DNA of 64,000 nucleotides from an uncultured bacterium (GTDB lineage Bacteria; Cyanobacteriota; Vampirovibrionia; Gastranaerophilales; Gastranaerophilaceae): NCBI GenBank assembly GCA_902801985.1, contig CADCKD010000017.1, positions 10,162 to 74,161 of the forward strand, read 5' to 3'. Shown piece by piece: positions 55,612 to 64,000 of this stretch (position 1 is its first letter; each line of letters starts with the position of its first letter). The notes under the pieces were generated by a model. It saw only the letters and a program-made list of their open reading frames with translations, ran no database searches and was not told where the DNA came from. The position numbers and the translations under genes were made by a program.

Positions 55612-56902
55612 AATTGCCGTTATAAAAACGAATATTCAAATTTAAAGTTTCATTTTTATAACCGGCAGGCGGCGGATTGTATCTTGTAGTTGAGTTTAAA
55701 GCAGCATATACAGCATCATTTAAAGTTACATTAGATGATTGTTTTGTGAATGCCCTATTTATGAGCCTGCCTGATGAATCTAATTTAAAAGACAAGGAGC
55801 AATCTCCGTCACCAACAACACGGGCAAAATCAATTTTTTTGCCTATTGTATTTCTTAGACCAACCTTGTAATTCGCAAGCTCTTGTTTTAATGCGGCAGT
55901 GTCAACAGTTTTTACAGGAGTTGCCGCGGCATTAGACTGCGTAGTTTGATGAGCGGCAGATGAGTTGCCGCCAGACGGTCTTATAGCCGGAACAGTAGTA
56001 TTACTCGAAGCAGAAGATGTTTTATTTGTCGTTGAAGAACTTATTGCAGGCTTCTTATTTGAAGTTTGTGATGAGGTCGTCTGCTGCATATTATTTGTGT
56101 ATTTTTTGTTGTTATTTATAATACTATTCAAATCTATACCGGAATTGCTTTTAGCGGGAGTTGTCTGATTTGATGTTTTTGGGGCCGTTGTTTTTGGTGC
56201 AGAAGAAGTCGATGTTTTTTGATTTTGCGTTGCAGTTTTTTTAGTTTGAGTAGTCTGTTTTGTAGTTTGTGCAGGTTTCTGTATTTGATTTGCAGTATTT
56301 TTATTAACCGCTTTTGAAGCTGCTGCAGGTTTTTGAGTAACTTGCGGTTTTGTTTGAACTGCAGGCTTTACCGTTGTTTGCTGCTTTGGTTGAGGTTTAA
56401 AAACCTGTTCTACAAGCTGAACTATTTTTTGCTCATTTTTTACTGGTTCAACTTTTGGAACAACAGCAGGAGCCGCAACAGGAGTATTATTCCAATATGA
56501 ATCAATTTCCGGAATATTTTCTATTTTTTCTACTTTTTGTATTTTTGCAGATTCTGCTTTTTTTGCATAAAATTCAGGGTCATAACCTATCCAGGTAACA
56601 TACATAGAAAGACCTATCAAACATAAAAAAATAACAGTGGAAACAGGGTCAAAAAACTTTTTTATACCGCTATAATCATAAGCAGGCTTTTCAACGGACT
56701 TTGATTTTGGTTGTTCTAATCTTTGAGTAGAAGTATGTAACTCAGTTTTTTTAGGGGTAGGTTTAATAACAATCTTTTGCTCAGGTTTTACCTCTTGTTC
56801 CTGAATTTTTGGAGTTGAAACTTCTTCAAACGTATCATTACCGCAATCACAATATTCCGGTTTTATTTCATATTCTGTTCCACATTCACTGCATTTATAC
56901 AT
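55592..56902 (-). CDS. zinc-ribbon / TM / Pro-Thr-Gln-rich / TonB-TolA C-terminal-like protein (operon gene 6)
   Basis: MYKCSECGTEYEIKPEYCDCG, one TM, a long low-complexity spacer, and the C-terminus YKVGLRNTIGKKI...CSLSFKLDSSGRLINRAF..SSN..LNDAVYAAL......NPPPAG. Confidence 0.7.
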   Translation of the reverse strand: MYKCSECGTEYEIKPEYCDCGNDTFEEVSTPKIQEQEVKPEQKIVIKPTPKKTELHTSTQRLEQPKSKSVEKPAYDYSGIKKFFDPVSTVIFLCLIGLSMYVTWIGYDPEFYAKKAESAKIQKVEKIENIPEIDSYWNNTPVAAPAVVPKVEPVKNEQKIVQLVEQVFKPQPKQQTTVKPAVQTKPQVTQKPAAASKAVNKNTANQIQKPAQTTKQTTQTKKTATQNQKTSTSSAPKTTAPKTSNQTTPAKSNSGIDLNSIINNNKKYTNNMQQTTSSQTSNKKPAISSSTTNKTSSASSNTTVPAIRPSGGNSSAAHQTTQSNAAATPVKTVDTAALKQELANYKVGLRNTIGKKIDFARVVGDGDCSLSFKLDSSGRLINRAFTKQSSNVTLNDAVYAALNSTTRYNPPPAGYKNETLNLNIRFYNGNFSISLN

Positions 56903-56903
56903 T

Positions 56904-57875
56904 TTATTTTATAACCTTTTCTACATCATTATAATCCTGAGGGGTAGAATACTTAGAACTTGTTGAAATTTTCCAAGCACCATAGGCTTCTACTATAGTC
57001 CTTTGGGTGCCCGCAGGATAATTCAAAATTGAACGTCCTTGATAGCTCCTTATAACAGGCGCAATATATTGAATAGCATAAGGAGTGTAACTTGAAGGCG
57101 TTGCATACGTTTTTACTTCGGTAATTTTACCATATTTGTCGACTTTGAAAGTATAATTAAACTTTGTTCCTTGAGGAATAGTCGGCAATTTTACATCACG
57201 CATAATCTGATTTTGCAAATTTGATCGCCATACATTCCAGGCAATTTCTTCTTCTTGTGCGGTCAAAACTTTTGGAGCCGGTGCCGGTTTAGAAGCAGTT
57301 TTAACAGGAGCTGCAACCGGTTTTGGAGCAGAAACGGTCTTAACAGGAACGACAGCTTTTACAGGCTCTGAAACAGTTTTAACCGGTTCTGAAACTACCG
57401 TAGGCTCTGTCTTTTTTGTTGTTTGCATATTTTTATTATTATCAACAATTTTTTGAACATCAATCGGAGCTGCAACCTTTGTACTATTTTTAGATGTTTC
57501 GACTTTAGGAATTTTTGTTTCTGTTTTTTGAACTTCGTACTTTGGCTCTGTCTTTTTGGTTGGTATTATACTTGTCACTACTTTTGCAACAGACGGAGTT
57601 TGGACTTTTTCCTGCTCTACTTGCGGCATTACATAATTAGAAGTTTCATACTCAACAACATTTACAACCTTGTTTGCTTCATTAACCGGTCCTGCAACCA
57701 TTTCCATCACAGGGATTTTTTCTTCCTCAATTTCGGACTCTTGAGTTGGAGCTATCGTGTAGTCAGAATTATAAACCAAAACAGACTTGTGCATCTTCGG
57801 TTTCATAACACAGATGCACAAAGTCGAAATGATTGCCAGTATAAGCAATATTTGTATTATTGTTCTATAACTCAT
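56904..57875 (-). CDS. TM / Pro-rich / TonB-TolA C-terminal-like protein (operon gene 5)
   Basis: N-terminal TM, repeats VSEPVKTVSEPVKAVVPVKTVSAPKPVAAPVKT, and the C-terminus WNVWRSNLQNQIMRDVKLP....FNYTFKVDKYGKITEV. Confidence 0.65.
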   Translation of the reverse strand: MSYRTIIQILLILAIISTLCICVMKPKMHKSVLVYNSDYTIAPTQESEIEEEKIPVMEMVAGPVNEANKVVNVVEYETSNYVMPQVEQEKVQTPSVAKVVTSIIPTKKTEPKYEVQKTETKIPKVETSKNSTKVAAPIDVQKIVDNNKNMQTTKKTEPTVVSEPVKTVSEPVKAVVPVKTVSAPKPVAAPVKTASKPAPAPKVLTAQEEEIAWNVWRSNLQNQIMRDVKLPTIPQGTKFNYTFKVDKYGKITEVKTYATPSSYTPYAIQYIAPVIRSYQGRSILNYPAGTQRTIVEAYGAWKISTSSKYSTPQDYNDVEKVIK

Positions 57876-59473
57876 TAATCTTTATCTATTTTGGCTAATA
57901 ATTCATCGCAAGCAAAAACTTCAAATCTCGTATGACTCAACATAAAAGTTTCTGCAACAAGTAATGCAGTAGGAACTGTCGCAGCAAGTAAACTCAAAAG
58001 CATACCGCCCAAATCACCACCGATTTCTTGCATAAAGTATGATGCGTTCATTGAAAATTCAATAATTACTATCGCTATTGAAATTGCAAATGAACGACGC
58101 ATTTCTTTGTCAAGCTTTCTAATACCTTCTAAACCGTATATTTCTACACCGTGTTGCAGATAATTACTAAAACCATCCTGTTTTAACACATTTGAAGCTT
58201 GTATTTTTTTATTTGCCGTAAATGCACTTACAAAAGAGAAAAATGCAAATATAATCAAAAACATAGCCAAAACTAAGAATATTGGACTGAATCTTAATCC
58301 TGATACTCTTATCCATCCTGCTGCTTCAGGGAAACACATTGCTAATGTATTTGAAACACCATAAGCCAAGAATGGAGCAGTTATTATACCTACTAAAATT
58401 TCACCGACAGATTTAATTTGTAAATTAAATAATCTGTCTTTAATCTTACCAATTTTACCGTGGCTCAAATTGTTTACATAGCGCTCTATCCATTGTTGAT
58501 ATTCTTTTATAACATGTTCAAAATCTTCTCTATATTCATATTGGTCTAATTCTTTTCTTGTTTCTGTACTTGTATTCTTCATATAACCACAAGCTAACGC
58601 CAATGTTGCCGCTGTTCCGACAAAGAACAATGAAACAAAAATTGCGAAAAACGGCATACTCTGTGGTGCCAAATAATACAATACATTTATCAAATAAACT
58701 GCAATATAGAAAATCATAGACAAAACAATCATAAATTTCTCTGCAATTACAGAGGTTGTAGAACCTTCACCCAATTTATTTTGCATAAATAAAAATACAC
58801 CTTGCTTCATTACAAGCCCGATGCCATATATTATCAAGGCATACACAAATATCAATTTCATATTAGTAGGCATTTGAATTACGCTGCCTGCATCGCTAAG
58901 CGGCAATCCTGTCAAATAATTTGAAACGCCAAATGCACAAACTAAGGACGCAAAAAGCATTGCTATATGTAATACAATTCCGGCTTTTGAATTCATAGAT
59001 ATTTTATGCTTTAAAGTATTAACAATAGCGCCGGTATCTTTTACAATAGAAACTCTTGCCTGTTCTAACTCAGCCTTTCTTTTTTCAATTTTCAACTTTG
59101 CCGCAGCATTAACATCATCACCATATATTGCTCTAATATCTTCTTCTGAAAGATTTTCTTCAGATATAGAATTATTGACAGATGAACCGATAACTTTTAT
59201 TGTTATAAATTCATCAGAACCATCAATCATAATTTTACATATTTTTTCGACATCCAAACGCGCCGGCAACGGTTTTCCCTTAAATAAAAACTTTTTATTA
59301 TTAAATTGGTTTAACAATACACACTTATTCGCCTTCGGATCAAATTGAACCGTAAGCATAAAATCAAATCCAACATTGATTTGATAATCAAAACCTGCCT
59401 TTGAACTAATATTTACAAGTTCCTTATCGGCGAAAGTTTTTTCATTATTCTTTGAACTAATTGAAAATGCCAT
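57875..59473 (-). CDS. polytopic membrane protein with about 100-aa soluble N-domain and coiled coil (operon gene 4)
   Basis: The N-terminal beta-rich segment (...LLNQFNNKKFLFKGKPLPARL...IMIDGSDEFITIKVI) may be FHA-like. At least 8 hydrophobic segments follow. Confidence 0.6.
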   Translation of the reverse strand: MAFSISSKNNEKTFADKELVNISSKAGFDYQINVGFDFMLTVQFDPKANKCVLLNQFNNKKFLFKGKPLPARLDVEKICKIMIDGSDEFITIKVIGSSVNNSISEENLSEEDIRAIYGDDVNAAAKLKIEKRKAELEQARVSIVKDTGAIVNTLKHKISMNSKAGIVLHIAMLFASLVCAFGVSNYLTGLPLSDAGSVIQMPTNMKLIFVYALIIYGIGLVMKQGVFLFMQNKLGEGSTTSVIAEKFMIVLSMIFYIAVYLINVLYYLAPQSMPFFAIFVSLFFVGTAATLALACGYMKNTSTETRKELDQYEYREDFEHVIKEYQQWIERYVNNLSHGKIGKIKDRLFNLQIKSVGEILVGIITAPFLAYGVSNTLAMCFPEAAGWIRVSGLRFSPIFLVLAMFLIIFAFFSFVSAFTANKKIQASNVLKQDGFSNYLQHGVEIYGLEGIRKLDKEMRRSFAISIAIVIIEFSMNASYFMQEIGGDLGGMLLSLLAATVPTALLVAETFMLSHTRFEVFACDELLAKIDKD

Positions 59474-59486
59474 CTTTATTACTCCT

Positions 59487-60152
59487 TTATCGTCCTATTG
59501 CTGTTAAAAATCTTCTGCTTGCCTTATCTGCATTCGCACTGTTAGCTATAATCAGTTTAGTCTCTCCCAATACAGGATTTAGCTTCGATTTAACCAAATC
59601 TAACTGTTCAGGAGGCGCATAAACAAACATCATAGCAAGCTCAGGAATATACTGCTTTGTCTTTTTAATATTGTCAGGGAATGTTGCCCAATTAATTCCC
59701 ATTGAAGCATAACTTGGGTCCAAATCCCCCAAAACAACAATCGCAGCATTATATCCTTCTTTTTTCATGGTCAAACTGTGTTCAACTGCTTTTTTCATCG
59801 CAAGAGCGTATGCAGTTCCTTTTTCCTGACCATCATTTTTTATATACGAATTAATAGCCTTTGAAATCCCCGAAGTATCTCCCGGAGAACCTTCATATAT
59901 TAAATATGAACTATCATCAACTTTCAAAATTTTTATTGCATCTTCAGGATCCAAAATAGAACACAAAGATTTCACATATCGAATTTCATCGGCTAACATA
60001 CTTTGATTAGAAGCAGAAGAATCCAAGACAAAAACAATAGAAGCCTTGTGAAAATCATCTACTTTTATGTTTTTACCAATAGTAACAACCAACTTTACGA
60101 CAATTGCGAAAGCCAATATTAAAAATCCAATTGTTATAAGCCTTTTGTTCAT
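59487..60152 (-). CDS. membrane-anchored vWA domain protein (operon gene 3)
   Basis: N-terminal TM. MIDAS motif IVFVLDSSASN, then GTAY, then VVLGDL. Confidence 0.7.
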   Translation of the reverse strand: MNKRLITIGFLILAFAIVVKLVVTIGKNIKVDDFHKASIVFVLDSSASNQSMLADEIRYVKSLCSILDPEDAIKILKVDDSSYLIYEGSPGDTSGISKAINSYIKNDGQEKGTAYALAMKKAVEHSLTMKKEGYNAAIVVLGDLDPSYASMGINWATFPDNIKKTKQYIPELAMMFVYAPPEQLDLVKSKLNPVLGETKLIIANSANADKASRRFLTAIGR

Positions 60153-60161
60153 TCTATATCC

Positions 60162-61193
60162 TTAAAAACTTACCGTTACACTAAACGGTCTGGTTAATGT
60201 AATTTCAATCTCAGTAAATGACGGGATTTCAGCATCAACACCACGTTCAGCCGCATTCCCCAACAATGCACCTCCTGCACCAACTCCTGCCCCAATAGCC
60301 GCAGAAGCTCCTACATTACCTGTAATTGCACCGACAACAAGCCCCGCTAAGCCGCCAACAATTGCACCAACAACTGCATCAGAGGCTACTGCCTTAAATT
60401 TTCCATCATTTGTTACCGAAAAATCAACTTCTTCTGTTGATATATTGTATGTTTTATTTTCCGGAGTTACAAGTTGATTAAAATTAATAACTACTCTGCC
60501 GTTACGGGAGCCGTATGTTGCATGTCTTGCATATGTTAAAGTACCATACACCATACTGCCTTGAGGTGCAACAACTGTACCATTATATGCCAAATCGGCC
60601 GTCAAAACAGCTATGACTTGATCTCCTACATTTGCGCTGGAAGTATTAATCGCATTTTGCAAATATGCTTGCAATTTAGTACCCTTATCAACTTGTGCAA
60701 CATACCCTTGCAAAGCATTTGACGATGCTTCTGCAGCATAAGTATTTGATGCAGGGTATTGAGTATATGTTTGTTGGTCGCTAAATACATAATTATTTTG
60801 GCCCGAACCGGGATTTGACATTGTCTTTTTTGCCAAATCATCATATACGCTTAAAATACTTGCATTCTGAGATTCTTCATACACAAAACCACTACGCCTT
60901 GCATTTTTTAATATGCGCTTATTTATTTTATTACTTCCACTTGACTGATAATAATAAAATAAATTTGAACCGCTTTGCTGTAAAATAGCTACAGCATAAT
61001 CATTTCCATTGTACGAAACGCCATAATACGGATTATACTTTGAAATCCTGTAGTTGTAATTAGCATAACTCTCTTCTACAATCGGTCTCATTTGAGCTTC
61101 AGTTGCATTTTTGATATAATACAACTGACCGGCATAAGAAGAGTTTGCCGCAACAAATAAAAATGTTAATATTAAAGCAATAATCTTTTTCAT
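60162..61193 (-). CDS. secreted TrbI/VirB10-like barrel protein with C-terminal glycine zipper (operon gene 2)
   Basis: Signal peptide ...AANSSYA. KGTKLQAYLQNAINTSSANVGDQVIAVLTADL...APQGSMVYGTLTYAR...GRVVINFNQLVTPENKTY follows the TrbI/VirB10 pattern. Then AVVGAIVGGLAGLVVGAITGNVGASAAIGAGVGAGGALLG. Confidence 0.6.
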   Translation of the reverse strand: MKKIIALILTFLFVAANSSYAGQLYYIKNATEAQMRPIVEESYANYNYRISKYNPYYGVSYNGNDYAVAILQQSGSNLFYYYQSSGSNKINKRILKNARRSGFVYEESQNASILSVYDDLAKKTMSNPGSGQNNYVFSDQQTYTQYPASNTYAAEASSNALQGYVAQVDKGTKLQAYLQNAINTSSANVGDQVIAVLTADLAYNGTVVAPQGSMVYGTLTYARHATYGSRNGRVVINFNQLVTPENKTYNISTEEVDFSVTNDGKFKAVASDAVVGAIVGGLAGLVVGAITGNVGASAAIGAGVGAGGALLGNAAERGVDAEIPSFTEIEITLTRPFSVTVSF

Positions 61194-61456
61194 CGTTCTT
61201 CTTCCATTTTTTGTTTGAATATCGTCTTTGTAGTTTGTTTTGTAGTTGTCATAGAACCATCATCATTGATTTTTATAAAATATTCCACAATATCTATTGT
61301 AAACGGTTTATGCATTTTAGGGTGAACTATACAAATTCCGGCACTTAATAATAGAGCCGCAACAGATAATATAACCCCGGAAACCTTTATAGGCATAAAC
61401 TTAAATAATAGAACAAGTCCTAAAATTATAAATAAAACTACTACCGCTAATAACAT
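61190..61456 (-). CDS. small two-TM protein (operon gene 1, 88 aa)
   Basis: AAGGAAG RBS before the ATG at 61456. ATGA stop/start overlap with gene 2. Its ICIVHPKMHKPF motif matches LCICVMKPKMHKSV of gene 5. Confidence 0.55.
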   Translation of the reverse strand: MLLAVVVLFIILGLVLLFKFMPIKVSGVILSVAALLLSAGICIVHPKMHKPFTIDIVEYFIKINDDGSMTTTKQTTKTIFKQKMEEER

Positions 61457-61481
61457 ATATACTTCCTTTTCCCTTGTTAGA

Positions 61482-61510
61482 ATTATACATTTAAAATAAC
61501 AGAAAACCAA
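61482..61510 (-). promoter_or_regulatory. sigma70 promoter of the six-gene operon (TTGGTT-17 nt-TATAAT on minus strand)
   Basis: Reverse complement of 61505-61510 is TTGGTT and of 61482-61487 is TATAAT. Lies between the alaS terminator and gene 1. Confidence 0.55.
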
Positions 61511-61544
61511 ACATTTATATAAAAATTAACAATAATTAATAGAA

Positions 61545-61586
61545 ATAAATAATCGGCACAAGTCAAAAGACTCGGCCGATTATCAA
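61545..61586 (-). terminator. candidate alaS terminator
   Basis: ataatcggc-17nt-gccgattat, followed on the minus strand by T-rich sequence. Confidence 0.55.
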
Positions 61587-61601
61587 TATAAAATTAAAAT
61601 A

Positions 61602-64000
61602 TTAAATTTTTAATTCCGCTTCAATTTTACCTAAAATCTCATCAAGTTTTGTAAAATCTTTTACGCCGCCTTGAGCAAAATTAGGTTTTCCTCCACCGTT
61701 TGCTCCTGTTGCTCTCGCAATTTCACCAACGATTTTACCGGCATTTATACCTTTTTGCACAAAACTGTCTGAAACTTTTGCTGCAACCATTTTTTCGCCG
61801 GCAAGGACAACAATATTCTCTTTTCCTAACTTGTGAGATAGAAGCTCTATACCTATTTTCATTGCAACCGGAGTCAAGTTAGAAACTTTTGAAATAAACA
61901 ATTTGCCTCCTGTAATATCCTGAGCCTTGTCAACAAAAGCAGAGAATCTTGATCTTGCATTTTCTTCTTGAAGTTTTTCAATCTCTTTTTGAAGAGCTTT
62001 GTTTTCTTCCTGAATTTTATCAACTCTGTCAATAACCTCATCATAATGAGCTTTAAATCGTGAAGAGAGACTATCTGTTACTTTAACTTTTGAATTTACA
62101 TATTTAAGAGCAGATTTTGAAACTACAGCTTCAATACGTCTTGTACCTGCAGCAATTGCACCTTCTGAAACAATTTTGATAAATCTCAAATCTTTCAAAT
62201 CTCTGGCATGTGTTCCGGCACAAAATTCTTTAGAGATAGACTCTCCATTCTTTTCAATAGATACAACTCTAACGGTATCACCGTATTTTTCTCCGAATAA
62301 AGCAGTTGCACCGGTTAATTCTGCTTCTTTTATACCCATAATTTTTGTATTTATCGAGTAGCCTTCGCCGATCCACTTGTTCATAAGATCTTCTGTCTTT
62401 TGAACTTCTTCCGGAGTCATTGCTCTTGAGAATGTAAAGTCAAATCTCATACGTTCTTCATCGACATAAGAACCCGCTTGTTTTACTTCACTCCCAACAA
62501 CTTTAATTAAAGCAGCCTGTAAAAGGTGGGCAGAAGTATGATGAACCCTGATTTCTTCACGTCTTGGCGCATCTATTTTCGCGCTGACAACATCGCCAAT
62601 TGTAACTTCACCATTTAAAACACTGCATCTATGTACATAAAGATCATTAACTTTAAATGTTGTAAGCACCTCAGCTTTGAAGTGAGTATTTTCCAAATAA
62701 CCGCTATCACCAACTTGACCACCGCATTCGGCGTAGAACGGAGTCTTATCCAAAGCAATATCAACATAACCATCGCCTTCGATAAAACCTAATATTTTAG
62801 CGTCATTGCATTCATTATATTCATAGCCGATAAAGTTTGTTGAACCTATTTCTCTTTCAAGCTTAGCATATTTCATATCTCCGGTGACAGAAATCTTTGC
62901 AGTCGCAGCTTTTGCACGATCTTTTTGCTCCTGCATCGCAACTTTATATCCTGCTTCATCAACATTTAAGCCGTTTTCTTGAGCAATTTCTTTTGTCAAT
63001 TCAAGAGGGAAGCCAAATGTATCATAAAGTTTAAATGCACTTTCACCGTCTATATCCTTTTTAGAATCAATGAATTCTTCCAAAAGTTTATATCCTCTGT
63101 CAAGAGTTTTGTTAAAGCGTTCTTCTTCAGCCTTGATAGTATCAATAACTTTTTGTTTGTTTTGAACAAGTTCCGGATAAGCTTTACCGTAATTTTCAAC
63201 AACTACATCTACCAATTTGTACAAGAACGGCAATTCCATACCCAAAATCTTGCCATGTCTCAATGCACGTCTTAAAATCATGCGAAGGACATAACTTCTT
63301 CCCTCATTACCTGGAATAACACCATCACTGATTAAAAATGTTACACATCTTGCATGATCTGTAATTATACGCAAAGACACATCCGTTTTTTCAGATTTTT
63401 TATATGGAACACCACTCATTTGAGAAACTTTATCCATAATAGGTCTTAATAAATCCGTTTCAAAAGTTGATGCAACCCCTTGGCACACCATTGTAATACG
63501 TTCTAATCCCATACCTGTATCAACGTTTTTACTCTCAAGCGGGGATTGATTACCTTCTTCATCTTGATACAATTCAGTAAATACTAAGTTCCAAATTTCA
63601 ACCCATCTGTCGCATTCGCAAGTATCAATTCCGCAATTCGGATGACCACAGCTATATTGTTCCCCCAAATCATAGTGAATTTCAGAACACGGTCCGCAAG
63701 ATCCTGAAGCGCCGGGAGGTCCCCAGAAGTTATCTTTTTTACCTTTACGTTTAATACGTTCTGCCGGAACACCGACACTGCGCCAAATATCATAAGCTTC
63801 ATCATCGGTTTCAAAAATCGTAATCCATAATCTATCTTTATCAAGTTTCAAGACTTCCGTTACAAATTCCCAAGCCCAAGGAATAATTTCTTTTTTGTAA
63901 TAATCACCAAAAGAAAAATTTCCGAGCATTTCAAAAAAAGTATGATGACGCGGAGTTCTGCCTACATTTTCTATATCAGAATCTTTACCGCCTGCGCGGG
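61602..64000 (-). CDS. alaS: alanine--tRNA ligase (N-terminus beyond the window)
   Basis: FEMLGNFSFGDYYK, the editing-domain HTSAHLL...CAGTHA, and a C-terminal DHHA1-like GGGKPNFAQGG. The frame stays open to base 64000. Confidence 0.95.
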   Translation of the reverse strand, partial: RAGGKDSDIENVGRTPRHHTFFEMLGNFSFGDYYKKEIIPWAWEFVTEVLKLDKDRLWITIFETDDEAYDIWRSVGVPAERIKRKGKKDNFWGPPGASGSCGPCSEIHYDLGEQYSCGHPNCGIDTCECDRWVEIWNLVFTELYQDEEGNQSPLESKNVDTGMGLERITMVCQGVASTFETDLLRPIMDKVSQMSGVPYKKSEKTDVSLRIITDHARCVTFLISDGVIPGNEGRSYVLRMILRRALRHGKILGMELPFLYKLVDVVVENYGKAYPELVQNKQKVIDTIKAEEERFNKTLDRGYKLLEEFIDSKKDIDGESAFKLYDTFGFPLELTKEIAQENGLNVDEAGYKVAMQEQKDRAKAATAKISVTGDMKYAKLEREIGSTNFIGYEYNECNDAKILGFIEGDGYVDIALDKTPFYAECGGQVGDSGYLENTHFKAEVLTTFKVNDLYVHRCSVLNGEVTIGDVVSAKIDAPRREEIRVHHTSAHLLQAALIKVVGSEVKQAGSYVDEERMRFDFTFSRAMTPEEVQKTEDLMNKWIGEGYSINTKIMGIKEAELTGATALFGEKYGDTVRVVSIEKNGESISKEFCAGTHARDLKDLRFIKIVSEGAIAAGTRRIEAVVSKSALKYVNSKVKVTDSLSSRFKAHYDEVIDRVDKIQEENKALQKEIEKLQEENARSRFSAFVDKAQDITGGKLFISKVSNLTPVAMKIGIELLSHKLGKENIVVLAGEKMVAAKVSDSFVQKGINAGKIVGEIARATGANGGGKPNFAQGGVKDFTKLDEILGKIEAELKI

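Overview
AT-rich, gene-dense bacterial chromosome segment with about 60 protein genes, 2 tRNAs, and no rRNA, CRISPR array, transposase or integrase that I can see. All family calls come from motifs read by eye; no database search was run.

Most genes are housekeeping: yidC, queA, trxB, pgi, a sigma-70 factor, recN, coaX, tuf, ychF, ahcY, uvrA, waaA, folK, fabI, ribF, a NupC-type transporter, pth, clpC, tdk, an S41 protease, dxs and a partial alaS. Three things point to a diderm, non-photosynthetic relative of Cyanobacteria (Melainabacteria/Vampirovibrionia-like), but this is inference only: waaA plus TonB/TolA-like proteins, several type IV pilin-like N-termini, and cyanobacteria-like EF-Tu and ClpC sequences.

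Regions that ordinary annotation does not explain:
1. 55592-61510: a tightly packed six-gene minus-strand operon with its own promoter. It encodes a small TM protein, a TrbI/VirB10-like secreted protein with a glycine zipper, a membrane-anchored vWA protein, a polytopic membrane protein with a soluble N-domain, and two TonB/TolA-like proteins. A second, secreted vWA protein lies nearby. No known motor or ATPase partner is present.
2. 31087-35810: a locus of three paralogous Gly/Met-rich proteins. They share an N-terminal module and a duplicated promoter/upstream module, and they carry different C-terminal domains. One copy is frameshifted and one carries a 27-nt coding tandem repeat. An Asn-rich ORF precedes them, with an operator-like palindrome over its promoter.
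3. Both tRNA genes (Val, Lys) are followed by the same layout: terminator, GC-enriched insert (demonstrably structured for Val), then a second copy of the tRNA 3' end.
4. 15551-18404: small-protein cassettes that share a near-identical promoter/leader.
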